From: Candidatus Binataceae bacterium
Lineage (GTDB): Bacteria > Desulfobacterota > Binatia > Binatales > Binataceae
Assembly (NCBI GenBank): GCA_963722605.1
Contig: CAVRNO010000003.1
Span: 632,700-696,699, forward strand
DNA: 64,000 bases
Direction of reading: 5' to 3'
The notes under the pieces were generated by a model. It did not search any database, was not told the DNA's origin, and worked only from the letters and a program-made list of their open reading frames with translations. Position numbers and translations under genes: made by a program. Positions 1 to 9,603 of the stretch are shown in pieces. Position 1 is the stretch's first letter; the number at the start of each line of letters is the position of its first letter.

Positions 1-124
1 TGTGATCGACCAGCCAGATCGAATGGTAGCCCAGCTTCTCGCAGCGATGCGCCCGTTCTTCGAGCTGATGCCACGATTGCCCGGCTTGGGGCGAGAACAG
101 GGCGAATTGCGCTTTCTTGCTCAT
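1..124 (-). CDS. LLM-class flavin-dependent oxidoreductase, N-terminus (runs off window)
   Basis: Manual translation from ATG at 124: MSKKAQFALFSPQAGQSWHQLEERAHRCEKLGYHSIWLVDH, the typical luciferase-like 'E.LG.dsiW..DH' start. Confidence 0.75.
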   Translation of the reverse strand, partial: MSKKAQFALFSPQAGQSWHQLEERAHRCEKLGYHSIWLVDH

Positions 125-265
125 TGAAATTTACTCCCGTACGTGATTGGCGCCAGCAGGTCCCGACTCTGTTTCGCACGGCGGACCGCAAAGGGTCAAC
201 CGGCGATAAGCCGGCGCGGGCGCGGGCTTGTGCGAAGGGGCGAAATCGTGGAGAGGATTAGGGCC

Positions 266-1474
266 ATGAAGATTCGACGGCGGATTGCACTTAGCGTGTC
301 GGCGGTTCTGCTTTTTCTCGTCGCGCTGGGCGCGGCCGCGTCAGCCGGCGAAACCGGCTTCAGCGCCGCCGGCGCGGCCCGCGAGCTCAAAGGCGCGCCG
401 GGAATTTACGAATGGACGTTCGCATCGGTGGTGGGCAAATCGCCGTTCGACAAAATCGCGCTGCATCGCGTGGCCAAGGGGCCGAATCCGCCCGCGCATC
501 CCGATGCGGTCGTGCTCTATTTGCCCGGCACCAACATGAACGGCGAAGTGGCGCTCGAGGATCCACGCTACTCGCTTCAGGTTTACCTGGCCGAGCACGC
601 CGTCGAGGTGTGGTCGATGGACTATCGCACGCATTTCATTTCGTCGCAGACGCCCCAGAGCGATCTTTCCGAGCTGGCGAATTGGACCAACGATCTTTTC
701 GAATCGGACATCGATGCCGCCGGGAAATTCGTCAGCGAAAAAACCGGCCGCGACAAACTGTTCGTTGCCGGCTTCAGCCGCGGCGTCGAGTTCGCGTACC
801 TTTACGCCGCGATGCATCCCGGGCGCGTTGCGGGAATCATCGCGCTCGACGGATTCATCCCGCGCCATCCGATGCGCACGGCGCCGCTGGCGGCCGGCCA
901 CTATGCCGACGACATCGGCGGCGAACATCTGACCTACGACAAACGGTACAAGCTGATGCAGATGGTGATCGAAAATCCCGATCAACCTGCGCCGATTCCC
1001 AAGTACAAGACCGCGCGCGAAAACCTGGAACACGTGGTGTACGGCGCGGGCGGATTTTTCGGCGGAAACGGCGGACTCGCGAATCCGCAGGGCGGCTTTT
1101 CCGACGCCGTGGTGCTGGCGAAACTGCTAATCGGCTACGATCGCTATTGGCCGGCGGTTCAGGACGGCGAGAATCCATTTTCCCCGCAACTGCTTGCGGC
1201 GCTCAAGGCGTCGAAGATTCCCGTGATCGCGTTCGCCAGCACCAACTTCGGCTCGCAATGGCCCGGCCAAGTCGAGGAGTCGGCGAAATCGACCGGCGCG
1301 CCCGACCCCTCGTTTACCAAGCTTGACAAGTGGGGCCACCTGGACGTGTTGGCGGGAACGAAGTCGGAGAGCGAAGTCTTCGCGCCGACCGCGGCGTGGA
1401 TCAAGCAGCATGAGGTGCATGCGGATATTGTGGCCCGTCGGGGCGCGATGGAGCGGGGCGGCTCCGCGGAATGA
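266..1474 (+). CDS. Secreted alpha/beta-fold hydrolase
   Basis: Signal peptide after ATG 266 (GAGAGG upstream); nucleophile motif GFSRG; C-terminal GHLD catalytic His. Confidence 0.8.
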   Translation: MKIRRRIALSVSAVLLFLVALGAAASAGETGFSAAGAARELKGAPGIYEWTFASVVGKSPFDKIALHRVAKGPNPPAHPDAVVLYLPGTNMNGEVALEDPRYSLQVYLAEHAVEVWSMDYRTHFISSQTPQSDLSELANWTNDLFESDIDAAGKFVSEKTGRDKLFVAGFSRGVEFAYLYAAMHPGRVAGIIALDGFIPRHPMRTAPLAAGHYADDIGGEHLTYDKRYKLMQMVIENPDQPAPIPKYKTARENLEHVVYGAGGFFGGNGGLANPQGGFSDAVVLAKLLIGYDRYWPAVQDGENPFSPQLLAALKASKIPVIAFASTNFGSQWPGQVEESAKSTGAPDPSFTKLDKWGHLDVLAGTKSESEVFAPTAAWIKQHEVHADIVARRGAMERGGSAE

Positions 1475-1688
1475 TCAAAACCGCGGCGAGCGCCCACGCG
1501 CCCAGCACGAGTCCGGCGACGGTCCATCGAATGACCGAGCGGCCGCGGCGCGATGCGATAATCGCGATTAAGGGAGCGAGCGCGAGATCGATGACGATTG
1601 AGGTTGCAATCAGATTGGCGGGCGGCTCGTGGTACCCCATCAGGGCGAATCCCGACGCGATGCTTAGCAGGCTGGCGATAATGGTCAT
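1401..1688 (-). CDS. Small membrane protein, hypothetical
   Basis: Three hydrophobic segments; 'ASRRGRS..W...G..LG' pattern of small membrane proteins; 3' overlap with the hydrolase gene. Confidence 0.55.
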   Translation of the reverse strand: MTIIASLLSIASGFALMGYHEPPANLIATSIVIDLALAPLIAIIASRRGRSVIRWTVAGLVLGAWALAAVLIIPRSRPAPSRPDGPQYPHAPHAA

Positions 1689-1728
1689 CGGTTTGCGCGA
1701 CTCGGCACCTTATATATAGTTGAAAATC

Positions 1729-2076
1729 ATGGCGCACCGCGACAACGACAACCTGATGAGCAAGCTGCGGCAGATGAGCGAAGAAGGCATCACCGGCCTG
1801 TTCAACGAGATTCTGTCAAACGAGAGGATGCGCTCGAGTTTAGGGCGGGCGGGTGAACGCTTCATGGAGAACAAGCAGTCATTCGACCGCAACGTCGAGC
1901 AGGTGCTCGACTTCGTCAATATCCCGTCCAAGCGGGACATTCGCGAGCTGAAAGCGCGGCTCGATCATCTGAGCTCGCAACTGCTGAACCTCAGCATCAA
2001 GCTCGACCGCGTTCTCGATCACGGCGAACCCACGAAAGCGAAAACGGCGGCCCGGCGCGCAAAGAAGCTCGGCTGA
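1729..2076 (+). CDS. Phasin / PHA-granule-associated-like coiled-coil protein
   Basis: 'NIPSKRDIRELKARLDHL' motif and Lys/Ala-rich tail typical of PhaF/PhaI-like proteins. Confidence 0.6.
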   Translation: MAHRDNDNLMSKLRQMSEEGITGLFNEILSNERMRSSLGRAGERFMENKQSFDRNVEQVLDFVNIPSKRDIRELKARLDHLSSQLLNLSIKLDRVLDHGEPTKAKTAARRAKKLG

Positions 2077-3240
2077 TCAGCCTGGGCGCAAGCTCTGGCC
2101 GATCTCGGCGAGGTCGGCGATGGTGCGCGGCTCGCGGCCAAGCTCAGGCGCAACCATCAGCACCGCACCGGCGGGAAGCGAATCGCGGAGCACGCTGAGC
2201 GAAACCTGCTCGCGCGTCCTGAGCGCGGCGTAGTCGGCGAGATTGCGCTTCAATTTTTTCCTGAGCGATGGCGCGATCCGGGCGGACGATAGTTCGGCGG
2301 CGTCGGGCAGCTCCGCGAGCACGCGATTCACGACCATCGCGGCGACGCGCAGGCCGGCACGCTCGAGCGCGTCGATAAATTCGCGCGCCTGGGCGATTCG
2401 GCTCGACTCCGCGGTGGTGACGACCACGATCGCCGTGTCCGGCGCGCGCAGCTTGTCCTGGGCGCGCGCGGCGCGAGCGGAAAAACCTTCGTACATGCCG
2501 TCGAAACTGCGGACGAACGACTGGATGTCGCCGAGCAGATTGAGCCCGGTCACGCGATCGAACGCCGCGAGCACGGCGCGCGCGGCAATATCCACCAGCC
2601 GCAGTTGGCTCCTGAACAATCCGCCGGGCGCGCCGAGCAGGACCGCGGCGCGCGAGTTGAGCAGTTCGAGCAGGCGCCGTGGCGCGTCGAGAAAGTCGAG
2701 CGCCTCGGCGGCGGGAGGAGTGTCGAGCACCAGCAGGTCGGTCAAGGGATTGGCGGCGAGTTCGAGCAGCTTTTCCATCGCCATGTAGTCCGCCACTCCT
2801 GCAAGCGCCCCCGAGAGATTGCGATAGATTCGATTTTCAAGAATCGTGTCGCGCGCCGCGTCCGACCGCGCGTAACGCGCGACGATCGAATCGAAGGTGC
2901 GTTTTGGATCCAGGCGGAGCGCGCGCAGCCGCGCGCGGCCGGCCCCGCGGCCACGGCGCGCATGGCGAATGCCCTCGAGCGGGACCTCGACCGGCTCGGA
3001 CGAATCCGCCGCAAGGCCGAGCGCGTCGAGCAGGCGCGGCGCGGGATCGACGGTCATCACATCCACGGCGCGTCCGATCACGGCGGCGCGCACGGCGAGC
3101 GCGGCGCTGATGGTGGTCTTGCCGACGCCGCCAGGCCCGAGGCAGATCACGAGGCTCGGCGAGCGCAAGTCGAACGACTCGGGACGGGCGGGCTGCTTGA
3201 GATGGGCAGACGGCTTGAGCGGTACGGCCTTGGGCTTCAT
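2077..3240 (-). CDS. ArsA/GET3-family ATPase (BagB-like subunit)
   Basis: GPGGVGKTT Walker A, TVDPA, LVLDTPP Walker B. Confidence 0.85.
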   Translation of the reverse strand: MKPKAVPLKPSAHLKQPARPESFDLRSPSLVICLGPGGVGKTTISAALAVRAAVIGRAVDVMTVDPAPRLLDALGLAADSSEPVEVPLEGIRHARRGRGAGRARLRALRLDPKRTFDSIVARYARSDAARDTILENRIYRNLSGALAGVADYMAMEKLLELAANPLTDLLVLDTPPAAEALDFLDAPRRLLELLNSRAAVLLGAPGGLFRSQLRLVDIAARAVLAAFDRVTGLNLLGDIQSFVRSFDGMYEGFSARAARAQDKLRAPDTAIVVVTTAESSRIAQAREFIDALERAGLRVAAMVVNRVLAELPDAAELSSARIAPSLRKKLKRNLADYAALRTREQVSLSVLRDSLPAGAVLMVAPELGREPRTIADLAEIGQSLRPG

Positions 3241-4122
3241 CGGTCGAACAGCTCCGCATCCAGCACGCGGCCGAGTATCTCGACTTCACCGGCTCCCATC
3301 GCCGGCGTGAACATCATCGGGAGGCTCAACGCCGGGATGCCGGCGGCGGCGAACCGCGCGGCGGCAATGGCCGCCTGTTGGTGCGCGGCGTTTCGGCGCA
3401 CGGCCAGGCGGGCGTGGCCGCCCAGCGCAATCAGCGCGGCGAGTTCGGAAGTATCGAAGAGCGGATCGGGAACGCAGTTGATTATCGCCGCGACCGTGAC
3501 GATGCCGAGCCGCTCGCGCATCGCGGCAGTGGTTTCCAGCGCCTCGCGAACCGCAAGATCCTCCGGCGTCATCGTGACCACCGCGCCGAAGCGTGTCGCG
3601 TCGGCGAGGAATGTTGCGACCGAATGGGCAAGCCGGTTAAGCGTGCCGGCGGGCGCGATTCCCTTGACCCCCGACGAGACCGAGAGCAGTTCGACGGCGC
3701 TGCCCGAGGCGGGCGCGTCAATCACGAGATAACGATCCAGCGAGCGCCGCGTCTCCCGCCATGATCCGGAGACGTTCCAGCAGCAGGAAAGCCTCGAGAC
3801 CCGGCAGCGCGGCGGTTACGTAACCGAAGGTTCGGCTGCGCAGCATCCTGCGCGAGATGGCGCGAATCGGGACGATACGCTCGATGAAAGCTTCGAGCTC
3901 GGCGCGCGGCGTGAGCGCGATGACCTCGAGCGAGTCGGTGACTTTGACGGTGATCGAATCCTCGGGTATCGCGCCGAGCGCCGCGGCCGCGGACAGGCGG
4001 CGATCGAGATCGGCGAGCGTGGTCGGACGCCGGCGCGACAGCGCAATCGCCAGCGCGGCGGCGACCGTGCTCTTGCCGGTGCCGCCTTTGCCGGTTACGA
4101 ACAATACCCGCGGTAGCCGCAT
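3237..4122 (-). CDS. ArsA/GET3-family ATPase (BagA-like subunit), frameshifted near 3742
   Basis: ORF 3718-4122 has TGKGGTGKST; it continues in ORF 3237-3725 (LDRYLVIDAPASG); ATGA overlap with the partner gene. Confidence 0.8.
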
Positions 4123-4183
4123 CGGCTAGAATGTAAGGGTCGCGCAGCGAACAGTAAACCTTGCGCGGGAAGAGAGTTGGCTT

Positions 4184-4414
4184 TTGAGCGAAAATAAACC
4201 GCCGGCGATCGATTCGATGCTGATCGCGATACCGCCTGAGCAGATCGTGCTGTTCAAGTCGATCGTCGAATCCTACGACAATATTGCGACGCTGCGGACC
4301 GAGGATCCCACCCGCCATCATCTGCGGATTTACTTCTCGGCGGATGCGCGCGACGAAGTCGAGGCGATGATGGCGTCGCTCGCCGCGCAATTCACGATCG
4401 AGCGGCTCGCGTAA
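4184..4414 (+). CDS. DUF4911-like small protein
   Basis: 'LFKSIVESYDNIATLRTEDP' resembles the DUF4911 signature. Confidence 0.65.
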   Translation: MSENKPPAIDSMLIAIPPEQIVLFKSIVESYDNIATLRTEDPTRHHLRIYFSADARDEVEAMMASLAAQFTIERLA

Positions 4415-4511
4415 CAGGCGGGAGGATGGGGAGAAGGGTCGTTCATGCAGAGAGGTTTTCAATAAGGCAAAGTCCCGTGCTAGGTAATGCTCTGCAGGGA
4501 GGAATTGCCTC

Positions 4512-5138
4512 ATGATAGTTGTCCATCACCTCAACGATTCCCGCTCACAACGTATCCTGTGGCTGCTGGAAGAACTTGGCCTGCCGTACGAGATCAAGCC
4601 CTACCAGCGCGATGCGCAAACCCGGCTTGCGCCACCGGAATTGAAGCAGGTTCATCCGCTGGGCAAGTCACCGGTCGTCACTGACGGCAATCGGACCATC
4701 ATCGAATCAGGCGCAATCATCGACTACCTGATACGCCGTCACGGCGGCGGGCGCCTGCAGCCTGCGCCTGAGACTCCGGCGTACGACGAGTACGTGCAGT
4801 GGATGCACTATGCCGAAGGTTCGGCGATGCTTCCGCTGATGCTCAACCTTTATGTCGCGCGCCTGGGTGAAGCGGCAGCGCCGCTTATGCCGCGCATCGA
4901 GAGCGAGATTGCCAATCACCTCGCTTACATCGATAGCGCATTGAAGGGCCGGCAATTCCTGGTCGGAGACAGCCTGACAGGTGCTGACATCCAGATGAGC
5001 TTTGTAGGCGAGGTGGCCGGCGCGTTCGGCAAGCGCGCGCAGTATCCGAACCTCGATGCGTGGATCAAGCGGTTGCACGAGCGGCCTGCCTACAAGAAGG
5101 CTCTGGAACGCGGTGGCGCGTACAACCTCGCGAACTGA
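4512..5138 (+). CDS. Glutathione S-transferase
   Basis: HHLNDSRSQRILWLLEEL, HPLGKSPV, IESGAI. Confidence 0.92.
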   Translation: MIVVHHLNDSRSQRILWLLEELGLPYEIKPYQRDAQTRLAPPELKQVHPLGKSPVVTDGNRTIIESGAIIDYLIRRHGGGRLQPAPETPAYDEYVQWMHYAEGSAMLPLMLNLYVARLGEAAAPLMPRIESEIANHLAYIDSALKGRQFLVGDSLTGADIQMSFVGEVAGAFGKRAQYPNLDAWIKRLHERPAYKKALERGGAYNLAN

Positions 5139-5159
5139 CCGGCGGGGTTGAGCACCTTA

Positions 5160-5963
5160 TTAACGCCGCGCGAGCCCGAGGGTACAGAAAAGACCGCTGT
5201 GGTCGGAATAGGGGACGTCGGCGCGGTGATTGGCGATGAGCTCGAGTTTGTCCAAAACCGTCCACGAGTTTGAGTTGGCGGCGACGATGTAGTCGATCCA
5301 TTCGGAGGGTTCGCCGTGGGAGCCCACATTCGTTCCGCAGTTGCATCGCTCGCGCGCTTCAGCAGTCAGGTCGGCGCCGAGGGCCGCGACCAGCGAATAG
5401 AGGGACTCGCGCGCGTCGGTGTTGAAATCTCCGGCGACGATTGCGGGTTGCGACGCATTGGAATGCGACACGATCTCGCGAAGTTGGATGAGCTGTGCCT
5501 GGCGAACATCGTCATAGCCGATCCCCGGATATTTTGACTGAAGATGGGTATTGACCGCGCGGATGCGCTGTTCGCCGCGCTCGAGCTCGACAGTCAGAGC
5601 GCCCTTGCCGCCGAGTCCGTCGCCCTCCCAGACTTTCCATGCCGGCGCGCTGGCGGCGAAGGCGTGAAACTCCGGCGCTCGGCTCACGCGCCATCCCGAG
5701 GACGCGCTGACGAATGCGAGCAGTCCGCCCCGGGGACCGCGGCTTCGGCGCTTAGTCCAGATTGGAACCCAATCGGGTTGCAGCGCCCGGGCGAGACGAT
5801 TGACCTGCGAGTCGAACCATACTTCCTGCAATAGTGCGACGTCCGGCGACAGTTCGCGGATTTTCGCGCATACCCGATCCATCCTGCCGCCGGGATCCTT
5901 GGACAACGGCCACGGCATTGCGTGCACGTTCCACGACAGAAGCTTAAGCGAGAGGTCGCGCAT
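5160..5963 (-). CDS. Endonuclease/exonuclease/phosphatase-family protein (sphingomyelinase-like)
   Basis: SWNV, LQEVW, NTHLQ, GDFN, IDYI and SDH motifs; start taken at ATG 5963. Confidence 0.85.
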   Translation of the reverse strand: MRDLSLKLLSWNVHAMPWPLSKDPGGRMDRVCAKIRELSPDVALLQEVWFDSQVNRLARALQPDWVPIWTKRRSRGPRGGLLAFVSASSGWRVSRAPEFHAFAASAPAWKVWEGDGLGGKGALTVELERGEQRIRAVNTHLQSKYPGIGYDDVRQAQLIQLREIVSHSNASQPAIVAGDFNTDARESLYSLVAALGADLTAEARERCNCGTNVGSHGEPSEWIDYIVAANSNSWTVLDKLELIANHRADVPYSDHSGLFCTLGLARR

Positions 5964-5976
5964 GGCGATTTGGACG

Positions 5977-8376
5977 CTAGGTCGCGATGGCGACGGCGTA
6001 GTCGCGGCCTTCCCAATTGCGCGTTGCGCGCCAGTTGAAGGTAAAGCGAACCGGGGCGCGGTCATTTGCGCCGATATCGATGTCAACGTAGTCGAAGCCG
6101 ATCGGGGTTGAAATCGAGCCGGTATCATTGGCGCGGCGCCATTCGTCGTTGGTCCAATGAAGCGTGAACGGCTCGGTCGCCTGAATGCGCAGGCGGTCGC
6201 CGGGTGAAACCGACTTGACGCGGCGGTTGGATTTCCAGACGCGAAGGCGGCTCGGCCTTCGTCCGGGCTCCAGGTAGCGGTCTTTGACCTCGTCGATCAT
6301 GTCGAAGACGCTTGAGTCCGAGGCCGAGCGCAGCAGCTTGATGTACTCGGCATGCGCCCACATCAGGGGGGTCGCGCTGCCGGTCTGGTGGCCGTGTTTG
6401 AGCAACTGGTTTGGGATGTCGGGTTGATCCCAGATCTGCTCGGGCAGCAACTGGGTCGAATTGGAAAACCGTTCCATCGCCCGCAGATAGGGAAGCGGGT
6501 CGCGGCCGGCGGCGAGTTCGTAATGCCCGCGCTCACCGGTGAGCAGCGGCCACGGGCGTCCGCGGCCCCATCCGACAAACGGGCCGCCGTCGTCATGCTG
6601 TCCATAGCCGTCGTGGGTGTAGCGCCTCCAGCACGGACCGGCGGGGAAGCCGGTCTTGAGGACGGCGTCGATGACGCGGACCGAATCCTCCATCAGCGGA
6701 TCGCCGGCTCTGCGGATGCCGTAGCGGACCAGCTCAAGGAAGCCGGCGTCAACGATTTCTGCGACGGGGAATTCACTCTGCGCGCCGGGTGGGCGATTGT
6801 GAATGAAGACGAGCTTGCCGTCGAGGCTTTCGTCGGCGTCGGGATCGGCGAGGTTGATGGGATTGATCCTGACGTAGTGGCGCTTGACGCCGGGGACGAG
6901 GAAGCCGTGGCTGGTGACGGTCCAGGTTTCGATGTGCGCCTCGAGGAAGTCGGCGTAATCCTCGAGGAATTGGGCGGTTACGAGGTCGCCGCGATCGCGG
7001 GCGAAACAGGCCGCGCAAATCAGCGCCGCGATGTTTGCGGCGAGAGTCGAGGGCGAGTAGCCGGCATTTTCTTCCCATCGCTCCTGCGGCGTGGCGCATC
7101 CGTTGTCGATAAGAAAGTGGGCCGCCCGCAGCGCCATCGGATACGGATCGAAATCCTTGAGCGTGCCCTGTTTGTGCATCCGCCACGCCAGCATGATTGG
7201 AAAGGAAACCTCGTCGAGCTGGATCCCGTTCCAGTAGGGCTTGCCGTCGATCCAGAAGTTCTGCGGAAAGCCGCCGTCGGGGCGCTGCGCGCAGGCGAGA
7301 TAGATCAGGGCGCGCAGCGCGGTGGCGACCTCGCCCGAGGCGGCCAATCCGATCACGCTGTTGACCATGTCGCGGGTCCAGACCAGATGGTAGCCGCCGA
7401 GGTCCTCGTCGCCCTTGGACTCGCCCCAGGGGATGCTGAGCGAAGCGATGATCGCGCCGGGATAGGTTTTGTCTTCATGGGCGAGCAGCAGCTCGCAACT
7501 GCGGCGATAGAGGGCGCCGCCGTCGCCGGAGAATTTCGCGAGCGGGAGGAAATGGCGCGACGCGCGATGCCATTGTTCGAGGAAGCGGGCGCGGTGCTGG
7601 GGGAAAGGCTCGGCGAGCGACTGATAGAGAGTGGTCACGGCGCGATTGAGCTTGCGGCCGAAGCCCAGCCCGAGGGTGAAGGAGTAGCCCTTGCGCAAAT
7701 CGATCTCGGCGGTGAGCGCGATATTGCCGTCGAGCGCGGCGGCGAACTGATAATCCATTTTGAAGTTTTCGCCGATGTCCCGCCATCCGTCGGTATTTCC
7801 GACGTATCCGCACGAAGCCCTGAGGAATGGTACGGTGGCTCCCAAAGCCAACCAGACGTCATCCTTATTCGCAGTCAGGAACTTGTGCCCGACGATTTCG
7901 GCAACATAACCGTTGTTGCCCAATCCGCCGACACACAGATGCGGCGCGAGCAAGACGTAGAGGTGGAGTTTTTTCAGCAGCTCCGGGTCGCCCTCGAGCC
8001 GGGTGTTGATCAGCAGGGTCGGGAGATGGGGGTCGGTGACGATTTGCTTCGAGAGGCGATAGCGGCCGTCGGGCGAATGGCCGACGATTCGCACGCCGAG
8101 GCCGGTGGCATCGAGGTACTCGGTGCTGCAATCGAGATTGCGGCGCTCTTCGTGGAAGAAGGTCTCGCCGTCGGTGATGAGGAACTGGAGGTCGCGGATC
8201 TGCGGCTGATCGATGGTGGGGAAATAAATCTCGTTGACGACGCCGGCGGAGGTGGTGAACCAAAGGTGGCTGACGGAGGAGTAGGCGGTGCAGACTGCAT
8301 CCTTGGCGCTGCGGGTCCATTTCGGCTGGATTCCGGGTGCGCCGGTGGCGGCCGGAGATTTGAGAATTATTGCCAT
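5977..8376 (-). CDS. Glucoamylase / glucan 1,4-alpha-glucosidase (GH15)
   Basis: ASLSIPWGE, GGYHLVWTRD, QERWEE, PEQIWD and PLMWAHAEY motifs. Confidence 0.92.
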   Translation of the reverse strand: MAIILKSPAATGAPGIQPKWTRSAKDAVCTAYSSVSHLWFTTSAGVVNEIYFPTIDQPQIRDLQFLITDGETFFHEERRNLDCSTEYLDATGLGVRIVGHSPDGRYRLSKQIVTDPHLPTLLINTRLEGDPELLKKLHLYVLLAPHLCVGGLGNNGYVAEIVGHKFLTANKDDVWLALGATVPFLRASCGYVGNTDGWRDIGENFKMDYQFAAALDGNIALTAEIDLRKGYSFTLGLGFGRKLNRAVTTLYQSLAEPFPQHRARFLEQWHRASRHFLPLAKFSGDGGALYRRSCELLLAHEDKTYPGAIIASLSIPWGESKGDEDLGGYHLVWTRDMVNSVIGLAASGEVATALRALIYLACAQRPDGGFPQNFWIDGKPYWNGIQLDEVSFPIMLAWRMHKQGTLKDFDPYPMALRAAHFLIDNGCATPQERWEENAGYSPSTLAANIAALICAACFARDRGDLVTAQFLEDYADFLEAHIETWTVTSHGFLVPGVKRHYVRINPINLADPDADESLDGKLVFIHNRPPGAQSEFPVAEIVDAGFLELVRYGIRRAGDPLMEDSVRVIDAVLKTGFPAGPCWRRYTHDGYGQHDDGGPFVGWGRGRPWPLLTGERGHYELAAGRDPLPYLRAMERFSNSTQLLPEQIWDQPDIPNQLLKHGHQTGSATPLMWAHAEYIKLLRSASDSSVFDMIDEVKDRYLEPGRRPSRLRVWKSNRRVKSVSPGDRLRIQATEPFTLHWTNDEWRRANDTGSISTPIGFDYVDIDIGANDRAPVRFTFNWRATRNWEGRDYAVAIAT

Positions 8377-8404
8377 GGGACCTCTGAACGATTCGCTTGA
8401 AGGG

Positions 8405-9223
8405 TCAGACGGTTTCGGGTTGTTCGGGCTTGGTGGCCGCCGCGGCCGGGTTTTCCCCGGGCTTGAGACGAAACATCCAGGCGACGCCGACGCTGATCGC
8501 GTACAGCAGCACCAGCGGAACCGCGAGCAGGAACATCGAGACCATGTCGGGCGGAGTCAGAGCCGCGGAGACCACGAAGATGGCGACGATCGCATAGCGC
8601 CAGTAACCGAGCATCATCTGGTAGTCGATCATCCCGAGCTTGGTGAAGAAGAAGGCGAAAATCGGCATCTCGAAGGTGAGCGCGAAGGCGAGCAACAGCT
8701 TGGACGAGAACGCCAGGTACTCGCTGATGCGGATGGTCGGGGTGACTCCGATGTTGGCGTATTGGGCCAGGAAAAAGGCGTAGCCGACTCGGAAGACGAC
8801 GGCCCAGCAGAAATATCCGCCGAGCACGAAAAACATCGTGGCAAAGAAGACGAACGGCCTGGCCATCTTGCGCTCGGTTTCGTACAAGCCCGGCGCGATA
8901 AATTTCCAGATTTCGTAAAAGACCGCGGGACTGGCGATGAACAGGCCGGCGATGAGTGCGACCTTGATCTCGGTGTAGAACGCCTCGCCGACGCCGGTGC
9001 CGATCAGCAGCACCTTGCCGCCCGAGGCCTCGCGAATCGGCCAGGTCAGCATGCGGAACAGCGGATTTCTGATCGCGTAGGCGAGGATGAAGCCGACGCC
9101 GATGGCGATGAAGGCGCGAATCAGGCGGGAGCGGAGTTCCTGCAAATGCTCGAGGAGCGGCATCCGGGCCTGTTCGGGCGGTTCCTCGATGGGCGCGGGC
9201 GGTGTGATATCCTTGTCAGGCAC
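8405..9223 (-). CDS. tatC: Twin-arginine translocase subunit TatC
   Basis: MPLLEHLQELRSRL, FIAPGLYETE, FEMP, LTPPD; six TM segments. Confidence 0.95.
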   Translation of the reverse strand: MPDKDITPPAPIEEPPEQARMPLLEHLQELRSRLIRAFIAIGVGFILAYAIRNPLFRMLTWPIREASGGKVLLIGTGVGEAFYTEIKVALIAGLFIASPAVFYEIWKFIAPGLYETERKMARPFVFFATMFFVLGGYFCWAVVFRVGYAFFLAQYANIGVTPTIRISEYLAFSSKLLLAFALTFEMPIFAFFFTKLGMIDYQMMLGYWRYAIVAIFVVSAALTPPDMVSMFLLAVPLVLLYAISVGVAWMFRLKPGENPAAAATKPEQPETV

Positions 9224-9239
9224 GATGCGGGATGACCAG

Positions 9240-9479
9240 CTATTTATTCTCGGGCGGCGCCGCCGGCGGCGGCGCGGACTCGGGCGCGATGGGCGCGGGC
9301 GGCAGCGGCTTGGGGGGCGCCTCGTCGATCGCGTCGGTCAGTTCGTGGAGGACGGTATTGCTCGCCAGGCGCAGCTCGCGCAAGAGTTTTCCCACGGTGC
9401 GCAAAACCTCGGGCAGGCGTTCGGGGCCGATGACAATCAGCGCGATCGCGAGGATCAGAACTATTTCAAAAAGGTCCAA
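9240..9479 (-). CDS. tatB: Twin-arginine translocase TatB/TatA subunit
   Basis: E..LI..IALIVIGPERLP followed by an amphipathic helix; directly upstream of tatC. Confidence 0.85.
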   Translation of the reverse strand: MDLFEIVLILAIALIVIGPERLPEVLRTVGKLLRELRLASNTVLHELTDAIDEAPPKPLPPAPIAPESAPPPAAPPENK

Positions 9480-9603
9480 ACTTCGATGACCATCCGGCGC
9501 GCCGGCCGGCGCAATTCGACGGCATTGCGCGGTGCGGAAAAATTCCGCGCAACCGCGCCGGCTCCATGCCAGTTAATCATCATACCCGACCGGGGTGTCA
9601 ACG

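Noticed and set aside
2077-4122. Arsenic resistance operon
   Set aside because: No arsB, acr3, arsC, arsD or arsR nearby, and no evident metalloid-binding Cys cluster.
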